A stretch of DNA of 51,931 bases from assembly GCA_011390645.1 (NCBI GenBank), contig JAABRY010000010.1, positions 1-51,931 of the forward strand, given 5' to 3'. The position numbers and the translations under genes are program-made. Positions 9,237-18,736 of this stretch are shown here, piece after piece. Position 1 is the stretch's first letter; each line of letters starts with the position of its first letter. The notes beneath the pieces are model-generated. The model was given only the letters and a program-made list of their open reading frames with translations. It had not been told where the DNA came from and searched no databases. The stretch comes from Gemmatimonadota bacterium. Lineage in GTDB: Bacteria > Gemmatimonadota > Gemmatimonadetes > Gemmatimonadales > GWC2-71-9.

Positions 9237-9629
9237 GTGGCTGTTGTGATCACATGGGACGATCCCCACTCTCTTCGGCTGAAGGCAACTGGAGTGCTGA
9301 CGGGGGAAGAGCTGGTCACAGCCAATCGGGAATTTTTTGCCACAGCGCTGGATCGGTTTGCCGAGGCGAAAACGTGGCTCTCCGACTATACCGAGTGCAC
9401 CGTGGGCGATTTTCCCTCGGAGCTGGTACGGGACCTGGTCGAGATCAGCGTGCGCGTCTCACGGGTCAATCCACGCCTCCGGGTGGCGCTCGCCGTGCCC
9501 CCTGATCTGCTGTTCGGAATCGGTCGGATGTGGGACTCACTCGCGGCCCAGACCGGATGGGAGTCGAGGCTGTTCCGGAGTCTCGGCGAGGCAGAGTCGT
9601 GGCTCGGGCGGGGAGCCGCCGATGCGTAA
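9237..9629 (+). CDS. Hypothetical protein (STAS/SpoIIAA-like fold possible)
   Basis: RVALAVP...FGIGRMW...FRSLGEAESWL pattern; AGGAG RBS. Confidence 0.65.
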   Translation: MAVVITWDDPHSLRLKATGVLTGEELVTANREFFATALDRFAEAKTWLSDYTECTVGDFPSELVRDLVEISVRVSRVNPRLRVALAVPPDLLFGIGRMWDSLAAQTGWESRLFRSLGEAESWLGRGAADA

Positions 9630-11340
9630 GGCCTCTCGGATGTTCGTCCAGGCGGGACTATTGGGGCTCGTCGCCTGCACTGCGTCCCCCCCCCACGCCG
9701 ACCTGATCCTGCATGGTGCCCGCGCCTACACGCTTGCGTGGCCCGACCCGGACATCGAGGGGCGTCCGGCCCCGGCGGCGCCGTGGAACTCCGCCAGCGG
9801 GTGGCAACACGATGCGTCGGCCGTTGCCATCCGGGATGGTCGCATCGTCTACGTGGGCAGCGACTCAGGCGCACTCGCCTTGCGGGGCGACGCCACCGAG
9901 GTGGTCGACCTCGCCGGTGCCACGCTCCTGCCGGGGATGGTGGACGCGCACACCCACGTGGCAGAGCTTGGTGCGTCACTTGATCGGGTGGACCTCACGG
10001 GGATCGCCACGGTCTCGGAGGCGATTGCGTTGGTGGTCGAACGCGCGGCGCGCACTCCGACCGGCGAATGGATCCTTGGCTTCGGGTGGGACGAGGGGGC
10101 CTGGGCCAACGACTATCCCGACAAGGTGCAACTGAGCGCGGCGGTGCCCGATCACCCGGTGATGCTGCGCGGCCTCCATGGGTTCGCGGCATGGCTCAAT
10201 GCACCGGCACTCCGGGCGATCGGCATCACCGCGGCAACGCCGATACCGGCCGGTGGTGAGATGCGTCGCGATGCCGCGGGGGACCCGAGCGGGCTGTTCC
10301 TGAATCGCGCGGTGGCGCTCATCGACAGCGCCGTCCCCCTGCCAACTGCGGTACAGCGCGATTCGCAGCTCGTCCGCGCGCTGCGCGTGATGGCCGCCGA
10401 GGGCTACACGAGCATCCATGAGGCCGGCACACCGCGGGACGTGCTGGAGGCGCTGCAGCGACTCGACGCGGCCGACGCGCTGCCGATCCGGGTGTACGCC
10501 ATGCTCGATGGGCGCGACCCCGCTCTGGTGCGCGAGTGGATCGCGCGCGGGCCGGATGTGGACGGTCCCCTCGTGGTGCGCAGCGTGAAGGCGTACTACG
10601 ATGGCGCCCTCGGCTCGCGCGGGGCGCGCTTGCTCGAGGACTACACCGATCGCCCGGGCCATCGCGGCGTGAGCGGAGCCGGGTATGGCTTTGACCACGA
10701 GGTGATTGCCGATGCGATGGCGGCGGGATTTCAGGTGGCCGTGCACGCCATCGGCGACGCCGGCAATCGCGAAGTGCTCGCCTTTCTCGACTCCGTGGTG
10801 ACCGCCGTGCCGGCTGCGCGCGAGCAGCGCCACCGGATCGAGCACGCCCAGGTGGTGCATCCCGATGACTTCACCCGATTCGCGACCCTCGACGTGATTG
10901 CCTCGGTGCAGCCGCCCCACGCGGTGGAGGACATGCCGTGGGCGGCGGAGCGGATCGGGCCGGATCGCGTGCGCGGTGCCTACGCATGGCGCACCTTCCG
11001 GCGCGCGGGGGTGCCAATGGTGTTCAGCAGTGATCTCCCCGGCTCTCGCTGGTCCCTCTTCTACGGGCTCCACTCGGCGATGGCGCGCGAAGACATGGCA
11101 GGGCAGCCAGCTGGTGGATGGTTCCCCGACCAACGGATGACGCCGGAGGAGGCGGTGCGCGGCTACACGAGTTGGGCGGCCTGGGCGGCGTTCGAGGAGG
11201 GGGATGCGGGGGTGATTGCGCCAGGCATGCGAGCCGACCTCACGGCACTCAGCGTTGATCCGCTGCGGCTCGGCTCGCCGGCCGAGTTGCTGACAGGTAC
11301 GGTGCGACTGACGGTTGTTGGTGGGCGGGTGGTGCGATGA
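9622..11340 (+). CDS. Amidohydrolase 3 (YtcJ-like) lipoprotein
   Basis: PGMVDAHTH, DGALGSRGA, VHAIGDAGN, HRIEHAQ and FSSD motifs; lipobox LVAC. Confidence 0.92.
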   Translation: MRKASRMFVQAGLLGLVACTASPPHADLILHGARAYTLAWPDPDIEGRPAPAAPWNSASGWQHDASAVAIRDGRIVYVGSDSGALALRGDATEVVDLAGATLLPGMVDAHTHVAELGASLDRVDLTGIATVSEAIALVVERAARTPTGEWILGFGWDEGAWANDYPDKVQLSAAVPDHPVMLRGLHGFAAWLNAPALRAIGITAATPIPAGGEMRRDAAGDPSGLFLNRAVALIDSAVPLPTAVQRDSQLVRALRVMAAEGYTSIHEAGTPRDVLEALQRLDAADALPIRVYAMLDGRDPALVREWIARGPDVDGPLVVRSVKAYYDGALGSRGARLLEDYTDRPGHRGVSGAGYGFDHEVIADAMAAGFQVAVHAIGDAGNREVLAFLDSVVTAVPAAREQRHRIEHAQVVHPDDFTRFATLDVIASVQPPHAVEDMPWAAERIGPDRVRGAYAWRTFRRAGVPMVFSSDLPGSRWSLFYGLHSAMAREDMAGQPAGGWFPDQRMTPEEAVRGYTSWAAWAAFEEGDAGVIAPGMRADLTALSVDPLRLGSPAELLTGTVRLTVVGGRVVR

Positions 11341-11348
11341 GGGGGGCG

Positions 11349-11462
11349 GGGTGAGAGGGAAAAGGGGACGCGGCCTGCGGCCGCGCTTGGTGAAAGGTGA
11401 AAGGGGGTAAGCCGAGGGCTCCGTTTCACCTTTCACGTTTCACTGCTGTTCCCCCTCACCCC
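11349..11462. repeat. Inverted heptamer-array element, copy D
   Basis: GGTGAAAGGTGAAAGGGGG-spacer-CCGTTTCACCTTTCACGTTTCAC (11389-11443) with degenerate outer arms. Confidence 0.85.
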
Positions 11463-11495
11463 GGCGACTGACGTCGCCGGCTGGGATTCCGCTTC

Positions 11496-12491
11496 CTACC
11501 ACCGGATAATCGCGCTCCCCCACAGGAACCCGCTCCCGAAGGCGGTGATGGCCAACAGGTCGCCGCGCTTGAGGCGGCCGGCCCGCACACACTCGTCGAG
11601 GGCGATCGGGATCGTGCCGGCGGTGGTGTTGCCGTAGCGATCGATGTTGTTGTACACCTGGTCATCGCGCAGCCCGAGCTGCTTCTGCACCATCTCGGAG
11701 ATGCGAAGGTTTGCCTGGTGTGGAATGAGCAGGGTGAGCTGTTCGGCTGTCACTCCGGCTTGGGCCATCGCGGCGCGCACCGATTCAGGCATTCGCGTGG
11801 TGGCGTGACGGAAGACTTCCTTCCCATCCATCTCGAGGAAGCTCTTGTTGTCGAAGTGCTCGGCCTGATTGCGCGGATGGTAGATGCTCCCCGGTGCATC
11901 AACCCAGAGCTTCTCCGCGAAGGCGCCGTCGCCATGCAGGTCCCACCCAAGGATCGCGGAGCCGCTCGGGTCGTCGTGGGCGCGCACGACTGCTGCCCCG
12001 GCACCATCAGCGAAGATCACCGCGGTGTTGCGGCCGCGGTCACTCACATCCATCCCGGTGCTTTGTACCTCCGCGCCCACCACGAGCAGCGTCCGGTAGA
12101 TCCCGGCCCGGATGTAGGCATCGGCGATGCTCAGCCCGTAGACGAAGCCGGAGCACTGCGTGCGGATATCGATGGCCGGGATATGTCCGAGGCCCATCTC
12201 GCGTTGCAGGAACACGCCATTGCCGGGGGCGAAGTGATCGGGCGAGGAGGTGGCGTAGATGATCGCCTCGATCTCGTCGGGGGCGATGCCAGCCGCCGCG
12301 ATCGCGCGTTCCGACGCGATCTTGGAGAGTCCGGTGCCGGATTCTCCCTCAACGACCCAATGGCGCTGGCGGATCCCGGTGCGCTGGGTGATCCATTCGT
12401 CGGAGGTGTCGATGAGTTTCGCGAGGTCGTCGTTGGTGACGATGCGATCGGGCACGGCGAGTCCGGTACCGAGGATCTGAGTTGTGGGCAT
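11496..12491 (-). CDS. fabH: 3-oxoacyl-ACP synthase III
   Basis: TSDEWITQRTGIRQR, QCSGF, HQANLRI and YGNT give the Cys-His-Asn triad. Confidence 0.95.
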   Translation of the reverse strand: MPTTQILGTGLAVPDRIVTNDDLAKLIDTSDEWITQRTGIRQRHWVVEGESGTGLSKIASERAIAAAGIAPDEIEAIIYATSSPDHFAPGNGVFLQREMGLGHIPAIDIRTQCSGFVYGLSIADAYIRAGIYRTLLVVGAEVQSTGMDVSDRGRNTAVIFADGAGAAVVRAHDDPSGSAILGWDLHGDGAFAEKLWVDAPGSIYHPRNQAEHFDNKSFLEMDGKEVFRHATTRMPESVRAAMAQAGVTAEQLTLLIPHQANLRISEMVQKQLGLRDDQVYNNIDRYGNTTAGTIPIALDECVRAGRLKRGDLLAITAFGSGFLWGSAIIRW

Positions 12492-12498
12492 GCAGGAA

Positions 12499-12550
12499 GG
12501 GTAAAGGGGTGAGGGGGCAATGGGGAACTGGGGTGAAAGGTGAAAGGGGG
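12499..12550. repeat. Half heptamer element, copy E (left arm only)
   Basis: GGGTGAAAGGTGAAAGGGGG plus degenerate G-rich units; no TTTCAC arm nearby. Confidence 0.65.
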
Positions 12551-12628
12551 CGCAGGCCGCCGGCCCTCCCGCAACAACGCTTCTGGTCGTATTCTCACCC
12601 AACCCATCCCTCATGCCACGAGTGTCCT

Positions 12629-13090
12629 GTGCCGTCACGCCAAGCGTTCATCCTGCTGTTCATGCTCGCCATTGCCTGCGCGGAATCGGCGGACAACCCG
12701 GTGGCAGAGCCTGCCACACGCAGCCACGTCCGCCCGCGCACTGCCGACAGTGCCGGCGCGCCGTTCAGCGGAGGCGTGCTCGCAGGCAACACCTTTTACC
12801 TCTCCGGCGTGCTCGGGCTCGACTCCGCTGGTGCGATTCCTTCTGACGTCGCGACGGAAGCGCGCTATGCGCTCGAGCGGGTCCAGGGCGTCCTGGCTGA
12901 CGCTGGGCTCACGATGGACGACCTCGTGAGTGTGCAGGTCTTCTCACCGGACCTCACCACGTACGACGCGTTCAACGCGGTGTATCGGGAGTTCTTCACC
13001 GGTGCGTACCCTGCTCGGGCATTCATCGGCTCGGGGCCGCTGCTGCTCGGCGCGCGATTCGAGGTGCAGGGCGTGGCGGTCACGCGGTGA
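12629..13090 (+). CDS. RidA/YjgF family protein with possible lipoprotein signal
   Basis: PFSGGVLAGNTFYLSG, FNAVYREFF, PARAFIG, FEVQGVA; N-terminal ILLFMLAIAC. Start uncertain. Confidence 0.88.
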   Translation: MPSRQAFILLFMLAIACAESADNPVAEPATRSHVRPRTADSAGAPFSGGVLAGNTFYLSGVLGLDSAGAIPSDVATEARYALERVQGVLADAGLTMDDLVSVQVFSPDLTTYDAFNAVYREFFTGAYPARAFIGSGPLLLGARFEVQGVAVTR

Positions 13091-13842
13091 CGGGCGTCCG
13101 GACGACGTCGCGTTCACGCTACTTCGTCCGTGCTCACCTCTTCATGCTCGCCGTGGTGGTGCTCGGTTTCGCGCCGACGTCCATCTTGCGCGGCGTGGTC
13201 CCGCAGCCTCCGGTGCTCGACATCGCACGCCTGCCGACGCTCTTCCTGGTGCACGGCGTGCTGCTCCTGGCCTGGTACCTGTTGATGGTGGTGCAGGCAC
13301 GCTGGATCCAGCAGCGCTCCGTCGCACGGCACCGCACGTTCGGGTGGGTCGGTGCGGGGCTCGCCGTCGCGGTACTTGGCTCCACGGTCGCCATCGTCCG
13401 CAATTTCCCCGGCCGCATGGCGGCGCTTGCCGCGGAGCGCACCACGACGGTCGAGGCACTCGAGCCCGGCCTCGCAGGAATCCTCTGGCTCGACATCGTG
13501 ATGTGCTTCCTCTTCGTCGCCTTCGTGTCCGGTGGTATCCTGGCGCGCCGACGCGCGCACGTCCACAAGCGCTTGATGTTCTTCGCTGGAGTGACGTTCC
13601 TCTTTGCCGCCACGGCGCGGCTGGGGTCCATCGTCGCCATCGCGACAACTCCCGTGATGCAGCCGGTCGTGCATTTCGGGATTCTCCTCGGCCTCACGCT
13701 CTCCCTCCCCGTGCATGATCGCCGCGCGCTTGGTCGCGTCCATCCGGCGACGTGGGGCTGCCTCGCGGCGTACTGGGGCGGCAGCGTCATGAGCGTGCTG
13801 CTCGCTGGCAGCCCGATGGGCAACTGGGTGCTGACGTGGTGA
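13087..13842 (+). CDS. Multi-pass membrane protein with conserved-looking His residues
   Basis: About 7 TM helices; VHG...W, RHRTFG, HKRLM. Confidence 0.75.
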   Translation: MTGVRTTSRSRYFVRAHLFMLAVVVLGFAPTSILRGVVPQPPVLDIARLPTLFLVHGVLLLAWYLLMVVQARWIQQRSVARHRTFGWVGAGLAVAVLGSTVAIVRNFPGRMAALAAERTTTVEALEPGLAGILWLDIVMCFLFVAFVSGGILARRRAHVHKRLMFFAGVTFLFAATARLGSIVAIATTPVMQPVVHFGILLGLTLSLPVHDRRALGRVHPATWGCLAAYWGGSVMSVLLAGSPMGNWVLTW

Positions 13843-13987
13843 ACGACGCGTGCCTGTCTGCACTCCTGCATGAGCGGCGGACCTGATGGCATGCGCGAGG
13901 CCGCGGCGATGACGGGATCCCGCGGCGATTGACGCAACGTGTGGTATGCGGGACTTCCCCGCATCCCACCCGAACCCGGAGGTTCTC

Positions 13988-14476
13988 ATGCGCAGAGCGA
14001 TGCGGCGCACGATGTTCACCTTCGTCCTGCTCGCGCTCGCGTGTGGTGGCGACAGCAATGGCACCGGCCCAGGACCCACCCCACCCCCGCCCCCGCCTCC
14101 TCCCCCGCCTCCGACTGACAGCCCGATGACAGCCAAGCTCAACGGCCAGCCATTCGTGGCGGAGTTCGCCACGCTCGGTCGGTCCGCAGGATGGGTATAC
14201 ATCAATGGAGCGGGTCTGCCCAGCAACGCGATCGGTTTCGCCTTCGCCGACCAGGGCACCGGCACCTACACGATCGCCCCCGGCAACCTTGTTTCCTCGG
14301 GGGTCACGGTTGGCTCCACGGCCTGGGTGGCTGGGCAGGCGCAAGGCAGCGGCACCATCGTGGTGACGACCTTCACCGCCACCCGCATCGCCGGGACGTT
14401 CACCATCAATCTGGTGCCCTCCCTTGGCGGACCGTCGATGGCGGTGACGGAAGGAGTGTTCGACTTCACGTTCTGA
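13988..14476 (+). CDS. Lipoprotein with poly-Pro linker and beta-rich domain
   Basis: LALAC lipobox, 11-Pro tract, GTIVVTTF...IAGTF...VTEGVF. Confidence 0.75.
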   Translation: MRRAMRRTMFTFVLLALACGGDSNGTGPGPTPPPPPPPPPPPTDSPMTAKLNGQPFVAEFATLGRSAGWVYINGAGLPSNAIGFAFADQGTGTYTIAPGNLVSSGVTVGSTAWVAGQAQGSGTIVVTTFTATRIAGTFTINLVPSLGGPSMAVTEGVFDFTF

Positions 14477-14563
14477 CGGTGAGGCCGCGGCCCCCACATG
14501 GCAACGATCGGCACCTGTGCGGAGCAGCGGGGTACATCCTCGCACACCCGTTCAGGACGACCG

Positions 14564-15196
14564 ATGATCGATCACGACAGCAAGCCCCTCTGCGCGTCAT
14601 CCTGGCGAAGGCCTCGCGCGCGCCTGCTGCTCCTGCCGTCCCTGATCCTCGTGATGGGTCTCGACGGGCGATCCGATGCCATGCACCCGGAGACACCGAT
14701 GCCGAGAACGCTCTTCGCCTTCGACGACACCGACGAAGCGACGTGGGACGTGGTCAATGACGGCGTGATGGGTGGCCGTTCCGCCGGCTTCGTGACGGTG
14801 GCCGACGGCGCCCTTCGATTCACGGGAACCCTCGTGACCCAGGGCGGCGGCTTCACATCCGTGCGGGCAGCACGAGCCGTGGACCTGACGGGCCAGGTGG
14901 GGCTCGAACTCCGGGTCATCGGCAATGGGCGCCAGTTCGAGGTGGAAGTGAACGACGGCCTGGGCAACTTCGGCCGCGCCGTCTCGCGCCGGGCACCGTT
15001 CCCCACCTCGGAGGAGTGGACCGTCGTGCGCGTACCGTTCAGCGCCCTCCGGAGCAGCATCTTCGGACAGGCAGTGAACGCTCCGCCGATCAATCTGGCG
15101 CGAATCCGTGGCGTGGGGCTCTACATCCTGGATGGGCAGGACGGGCCGTTTCACCTGGAAGTGGACTACATCCGGGCCTACGGTCCCGAGGAGTGA
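14564..15196 (+). CDS. CIA30 family protein
   Basis: WDVVNDGVMGGRS, GGFTSVR, GPFHLEVDYI. Start may be 14699. Confidence 0.88.
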   Translation: MIDHDSKPLCASSWRRPRARLLLLPSLILVMGLDGRSDAMHPETPMPRTLFAFDDTDEATWDVVNDGVMGGRSAGFVTVADGALRFTGTLVTQGGGFTSVRAARAVDLTGQVGLELRVIGNGRQFEVEVNDGLGNFGRAVSRRAPFPTSEEWTVVRVPFSALRSSIFGQAVNAPPINLARIRGVGLYILDGQDGPFHLEVDYIRAYGPEE

Positions 15197-15274
15197 GTCA
15201 GCGGCAGCGACACCATTCCGCGGCATGCATCACCAGAACTCCCCGCACCGCCCTCTCCTGAACGGTGGCATGCC

Positions 15275-17692
15275 CTACGGTTGGAGCTCCACCGTGGTGC
15301 TCGTGCGACCGGGTCGCACATGGAGGATCACGGTGACCACCCCGGTGCCGGGGTCGCGGTACCAGCGGTCGCCGTTGGCCGCCTCGGCCTCCGCGAGCGA
15401 GGCCGCAGCAGGGAGTGGACTGTTGTTCTGATAGTCGCGCAGCACCTTGCCCGGCATGCCGTCATACGGGAAGTCCACCCGCACGCGGTCACCCTCCGTC
15501 ACGCGCGACAGCAGCAGGCGAGGCCGCTTCGGCGCGGCACCGTGCCAGTTGACCAGATAACGGCTGCCGGGCAACACCGACATGAACGCCCGCGTCGGGG
15601 CGTTCGGGACTCCAACGAGCGTGACGGCTGCCTCGCCATCGCGCGCGAGACCGAAGGGAGCGATCACCTCGTTGGCATCGCTGCGGACCTGAAGTTGCAC
15701 GTAGCGGTGCGGACAGCTCCAACTGTTCCACGCGGCGCGCCAGGTGCAGGAGGGAGTCACCAGCAGTGGTGAGTTGGCCACCACCGTGTGGCCGGGCACG
15801 CCGGTCACGCCGCCGTCCACGTCGCGGAAGAGGGCCGCCTTGTCACCGTCCTTGTCGGCCTTCGGATTCTCAAGCCACACCGCGTTGGCGTTCACCAGCG
15901 TGAGCGACGAGCCGAAGTTGTCGGTGCTGATGGCAAAACCATTGTTCCGGTTGTACCCAAGGGCCGATGCCGCACGCTGCCCGTTGGGGACGAAGTTCGC
16001 GAACGTCACCCGCGTGGCGCCGACAGTGCCGTCATAGAATTCGTAACCGCGGATCGGAAACGAGGCGTTGGGAACCGCCGTGATATTCGCGGTCTCGCCA
16101 ACGATCAGTGCGTCCTCGACGATCGTCTCGTTGGAGGCGAAGGTCGCGCCGATCATGTTGTCGGCGAGCACCGCGCGACGCAACCGATGCCCGGTGCCGC
16201 GCAACCAGACGGCGCGGCCCCGGTGCTTCCACCCCACGAAGTCCTCGAAGACCGCCGGCACCATCGCCCCACCGCTCACCGCGCCCACACGCGGATTGTA
16301 GCTCGTGGTCTCCGTGGTGCCATCAGGGCGTGGCCCTCCATCAACCTCCAGCCCGTTGCGGACATTGGAGTGCGCGACGTTGCCGCGAAAACTGCCGAGC
16401 GGGGTCAGACGGGGAGCGTCCGGCTCCCCGGTGGAGAGTCCGGTGGGTGCGGCAGGGAGCGCATACCAGAAGCCGAAGCCGGAAGACCCCGCGGCGTGAT
16501 TGTGATGCACCGCGTTGTCGGGGTTGGTGATCCAGAAGGTGGCCGGGGTGACATCACTGGGCAGCACCCGCACGGCCACTGCGGGAACGCGTGACACCAG
16601 CCCCAGGTTACCGGCCAGCGTGTTGCCCGATTCCGCGCCATCCTCCAGGAAGTAGCCATGCCCGGAGTGGTCGTAGCAGACGTTGTCTTCAGCGACGGCG
16701 TTGTCGGTCCCGTGGATGGTGATGCATCGGAGGTTCGTACGCCAGATCGCGTTCTGTCGCACGTATTGCCCCGTTACCGACCCTGCCATGTGCCAATGCA
16801 GCGGGTACCGCCCCACGTTGCCGGCCTGCCCCATCCGGTACAACTCCACGCCCTCGACGCGCATCGTGGCACCCGCCAGTGAGATCACGTGGCCACCAAA
16901 GCCACCGACACTCGCGTCATCGCCGCGGATCACGACGTTGCGGGTGAGCAGGCCCACTTCCGCGCGCTCGTCCACCGATTTCCCGGCCACCTGCTGGGTG
17001 ACGCCCCAGTGCCGGTACACGAGCGGGGCATCAAGCAGCAATTGGGTCCCGCTGCCTCCCGTGACCACGCGCTCCTCGGCGTGGTTCGGATCGAAGTCGG
17101 TGGACGCGATCACGATGCGATCACCGACGCGCCAGTCGTGCGCGCGCTCGAGTTGCAGCGACGTCGCGCCGGCCTCCGCCGTGTTCGTCAACCGGGTCCA
17201 TGCGAGTCGTCGCGCACCATGGACGTCGAGCGTACCGCCGGGGAGGACGGCAAGCACCTTCGTTCCGACGATCGGGGCGCCACGTCCACTGCTGAGGGTG
17301 ATGGTGAAGTGCCGCTGGTGCAGCGCTGACTCTGTCCCGACGCCGAAGTGTCCGGATACCAGAATCTCCTGCGCGTGCAACTCCACGTCCGCCGTGTCGC
17401 TCACCAGCAAGGTGCCCTCGACGCGCAGTTGGGCCAGCGCGGGGGGTGAAACATTCAGCACAACGGTGTCACCGGCGGGGATCACGACATCCTGACCGGC
17501 GACCGGGATCGGAGCGGGAGCCCAGGTGGTGGCATCCGACCACAGGGGGAGTTCCTGAACCGGCGGGGTCGGCGGGGCCGGTGGGGGCGCCTCGGGCAAC
17601 ACCGGCTCGACATGGTCGTCGGGAGCGCAGGCCATGACCAGCAGGCCACCGGCGAGGCAGAGCGGGAGGAGCGCACGCATGGGTGACCTCAT
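15275..17692 (-). CDS. G8-domain, beta-helix (TMEM2/CEMIP/fibrocystin-like) lipoprotein
   Basis: Lipobox LVMAC; WSDATTW...PVAGQDVVI G8 start; AEVGLLTRNV, GRYPLHWH, RCITIHGT, GHGYFLEDG, FWITNPDN. Confidence 0.85.
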   Translation of the reverse strand: MRSPMRALLPLCLAGGLLVMACAPDDHVEPVLPEAPPPAPPTPPVQELPLWSDATTWAPAPIPVAGQDVVIPAGDTVVLNVSPPALAQLRVEGTLLVSDTADVELHAQEILVSGHFGVGTESALHQRHFTITLSSGRGAPIVGTKVLAVLPGGTLDVHGARRLAWTRLTNTAEAGATSLQLERAHDWRVGDRIVIASTDFDPNHAEERVVTGGSGTQLLLDAPLVYRHWGVTQQVAGKSVDERAEVGLLTRNVVIRGDDASVGGFGGHVISLAGATMRVEGVELYRMGQAGNVGRYPLHWHMAGSVTGQYVRQNAIWRTNLRCITIHGTDNAVAEDNVCYDHSGHGYFLEDGAESGNTLAGNLGLVSRVPAVAVRVLPSDVTPATFWITNPDNAVHHNHAAGSSGFGFWYALPAAPTGLSTGEPDAPRLTPLGSFRGNVAHSNVRNGLEVDGGPRPDGTTETTSYNPRVGAVSGGAMVPAVFEDFVGWKHRGRAVWLRGTGHRLRRAVLADNMIGATFASNETIVEDALIVGETANITAVPNASFPIRGYEFYDGTVGATRVTFANFVPNGQRAASALGYNRNNGFAISTDNFGSSLTLVNANAVWLENPKADKDGDKAALFRDVDGGVTGVPGHTVVANSPLLVTPSCTWRAAWNSWSCPHRYVQLQVRSDANEVIAPFGLARDGEAAVTLVGVPNAPTRAFMSVLPGSRYLVNWHGAAPKRPRLLLSRVTEGDRVRVDFPYDGMPGKVLRDYQNNSPLPAAASLAEAEAANGDRWYRDPGTGVVTVILHVRPGRTSTTVELQP

Positions 17693-17733
17693 GGAGGGGG
17701 GCAAAGCACCAAGTATCGGAGACGGTGGTGGGG

Positions 17734-17800
17734 AGGTGAAAGGTGAAAGGTGAAACGGGGGTCGGTCGTGCGACCCCTTTCACCTTTTACGTTTTACCTT
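17734..17800. repeat. Inverted heptamer-array element, copy F
   Basis: (GGTGAAA)3 CGGGGGTCG-GTCGTG-CGACCCC TTTCACC TTTTACG TTTTACC. Confidence 0.9.
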
Positions 17801-17860
17801 CCTACCATCACCCTCGGCCGACCCCGTCCTGCTTTCCCCCTCGTCGCTGCCGGAGACTCG

Positions 17861-18736
17861 ATGCTTGATTCCCTGCCCTGGCTCACTCGCGAGGAAGCCC
17901 TCTCGCTCGCAGCGGCGGTGCTGCCAAAATTGGCCGCGGCGATCCTCGTCTTTCTCGCCTTTCTCATCCTGCTTCGCGTGGTGCAACCGGCACTGCGTGC
18001 CGTGCTGCGTCGCGCCAACTTCGCGCCCGCGCTGATCCACCTCCTGGTGGATGGTGTGGTGCGTGGGGCTGTCCTGATCATTGGTCTCGTCATGGCGGCG
18101 AGCCAACTGGGGATCAACATCGCCGCCGCACTCGCGGGTCTCGGCGTGCTGGGCATCGCGGTCGGCTTCGCCGCGCAGGAGACGATCGCCAACATGATCG
18201 CCGGTTTCCTGATCTTCTGGGATCGGCCCTTCAAGGTGGGCGACTGGATCACTGCGCAAGATCGCTACGGGGAAGTCCGGGACATCACCCTCCGCACGAC
18301 GCGCATTCGCACACCCGACAACACGTACGTCGTGATCCCGAACAAGCAGGTCATCGGGGAGATGCTGGTCAATCACTCGATGTACGGCGAGACCCGCGTC
18401 AACGTACCCGTCGGCATCGCCTACAAGGAATCGATCGCCGAGGCGCGACGGGTGATCCTCGAGGCGGTCGACGCCCTTGACGGCGTGCTGTCCGACCCAC
18501 CACCGACTGTCGTGGCCGACAAGCTGGGCGATTCCAGCGTTGACCTGCTCGTGCGGGTCTGGGTAGCCGATGGATCGAATCTCAAGCCGGTGCACTTCCG
18601 CGTGGTCGAGGCGTGCAAGGTCGCGCTCGACAAGGCCGGCATCGAGATCCCCTTCCCGCATCTGCAGCTGTTCGTCGACGACGTGAAGGACCGCGTGTGG
18701 GACGGCCTGCGGGGCAGCAGCTCAGGGAGTACCTGA
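17861..18736 (+). CDS. mscS: Small-conductance mechanosensitive channel
   Basis: GIAVGFAAQETIANMIAG, RPFKVGDWI, IEIPFP. Confidence 0.92.
   Translation: MLDSLPWLTREEALSLAAAVLPKLAAAILVFLAFLILLRVVQPALRAVLRRANFAPALIHLLVDGVVRGAVLIIGLVMAASQLGINIAAALAGLGVLGIAVGFAAQETIANMIAGFLIFWDRPFKVGDWITAQDRYGEVRDITLRTTRIRTPDNTYVVIPNKQVIGEMLVNHSMYGETRVNVPVGIAYKESIAEARRVILEAVDALDGVLSDPPPTVVADKLGDSSVDLLVRVWVADGSNLKPVHFRVVEACKVALDKAGIEIPFPHLQLFVDDVKDRVWDGLRGSSSGST

Noticed and set aside
14076..14113. C-rich repeat-like tract
   Set aside because: It encodes the poly-proline linker of a lipoprotein.
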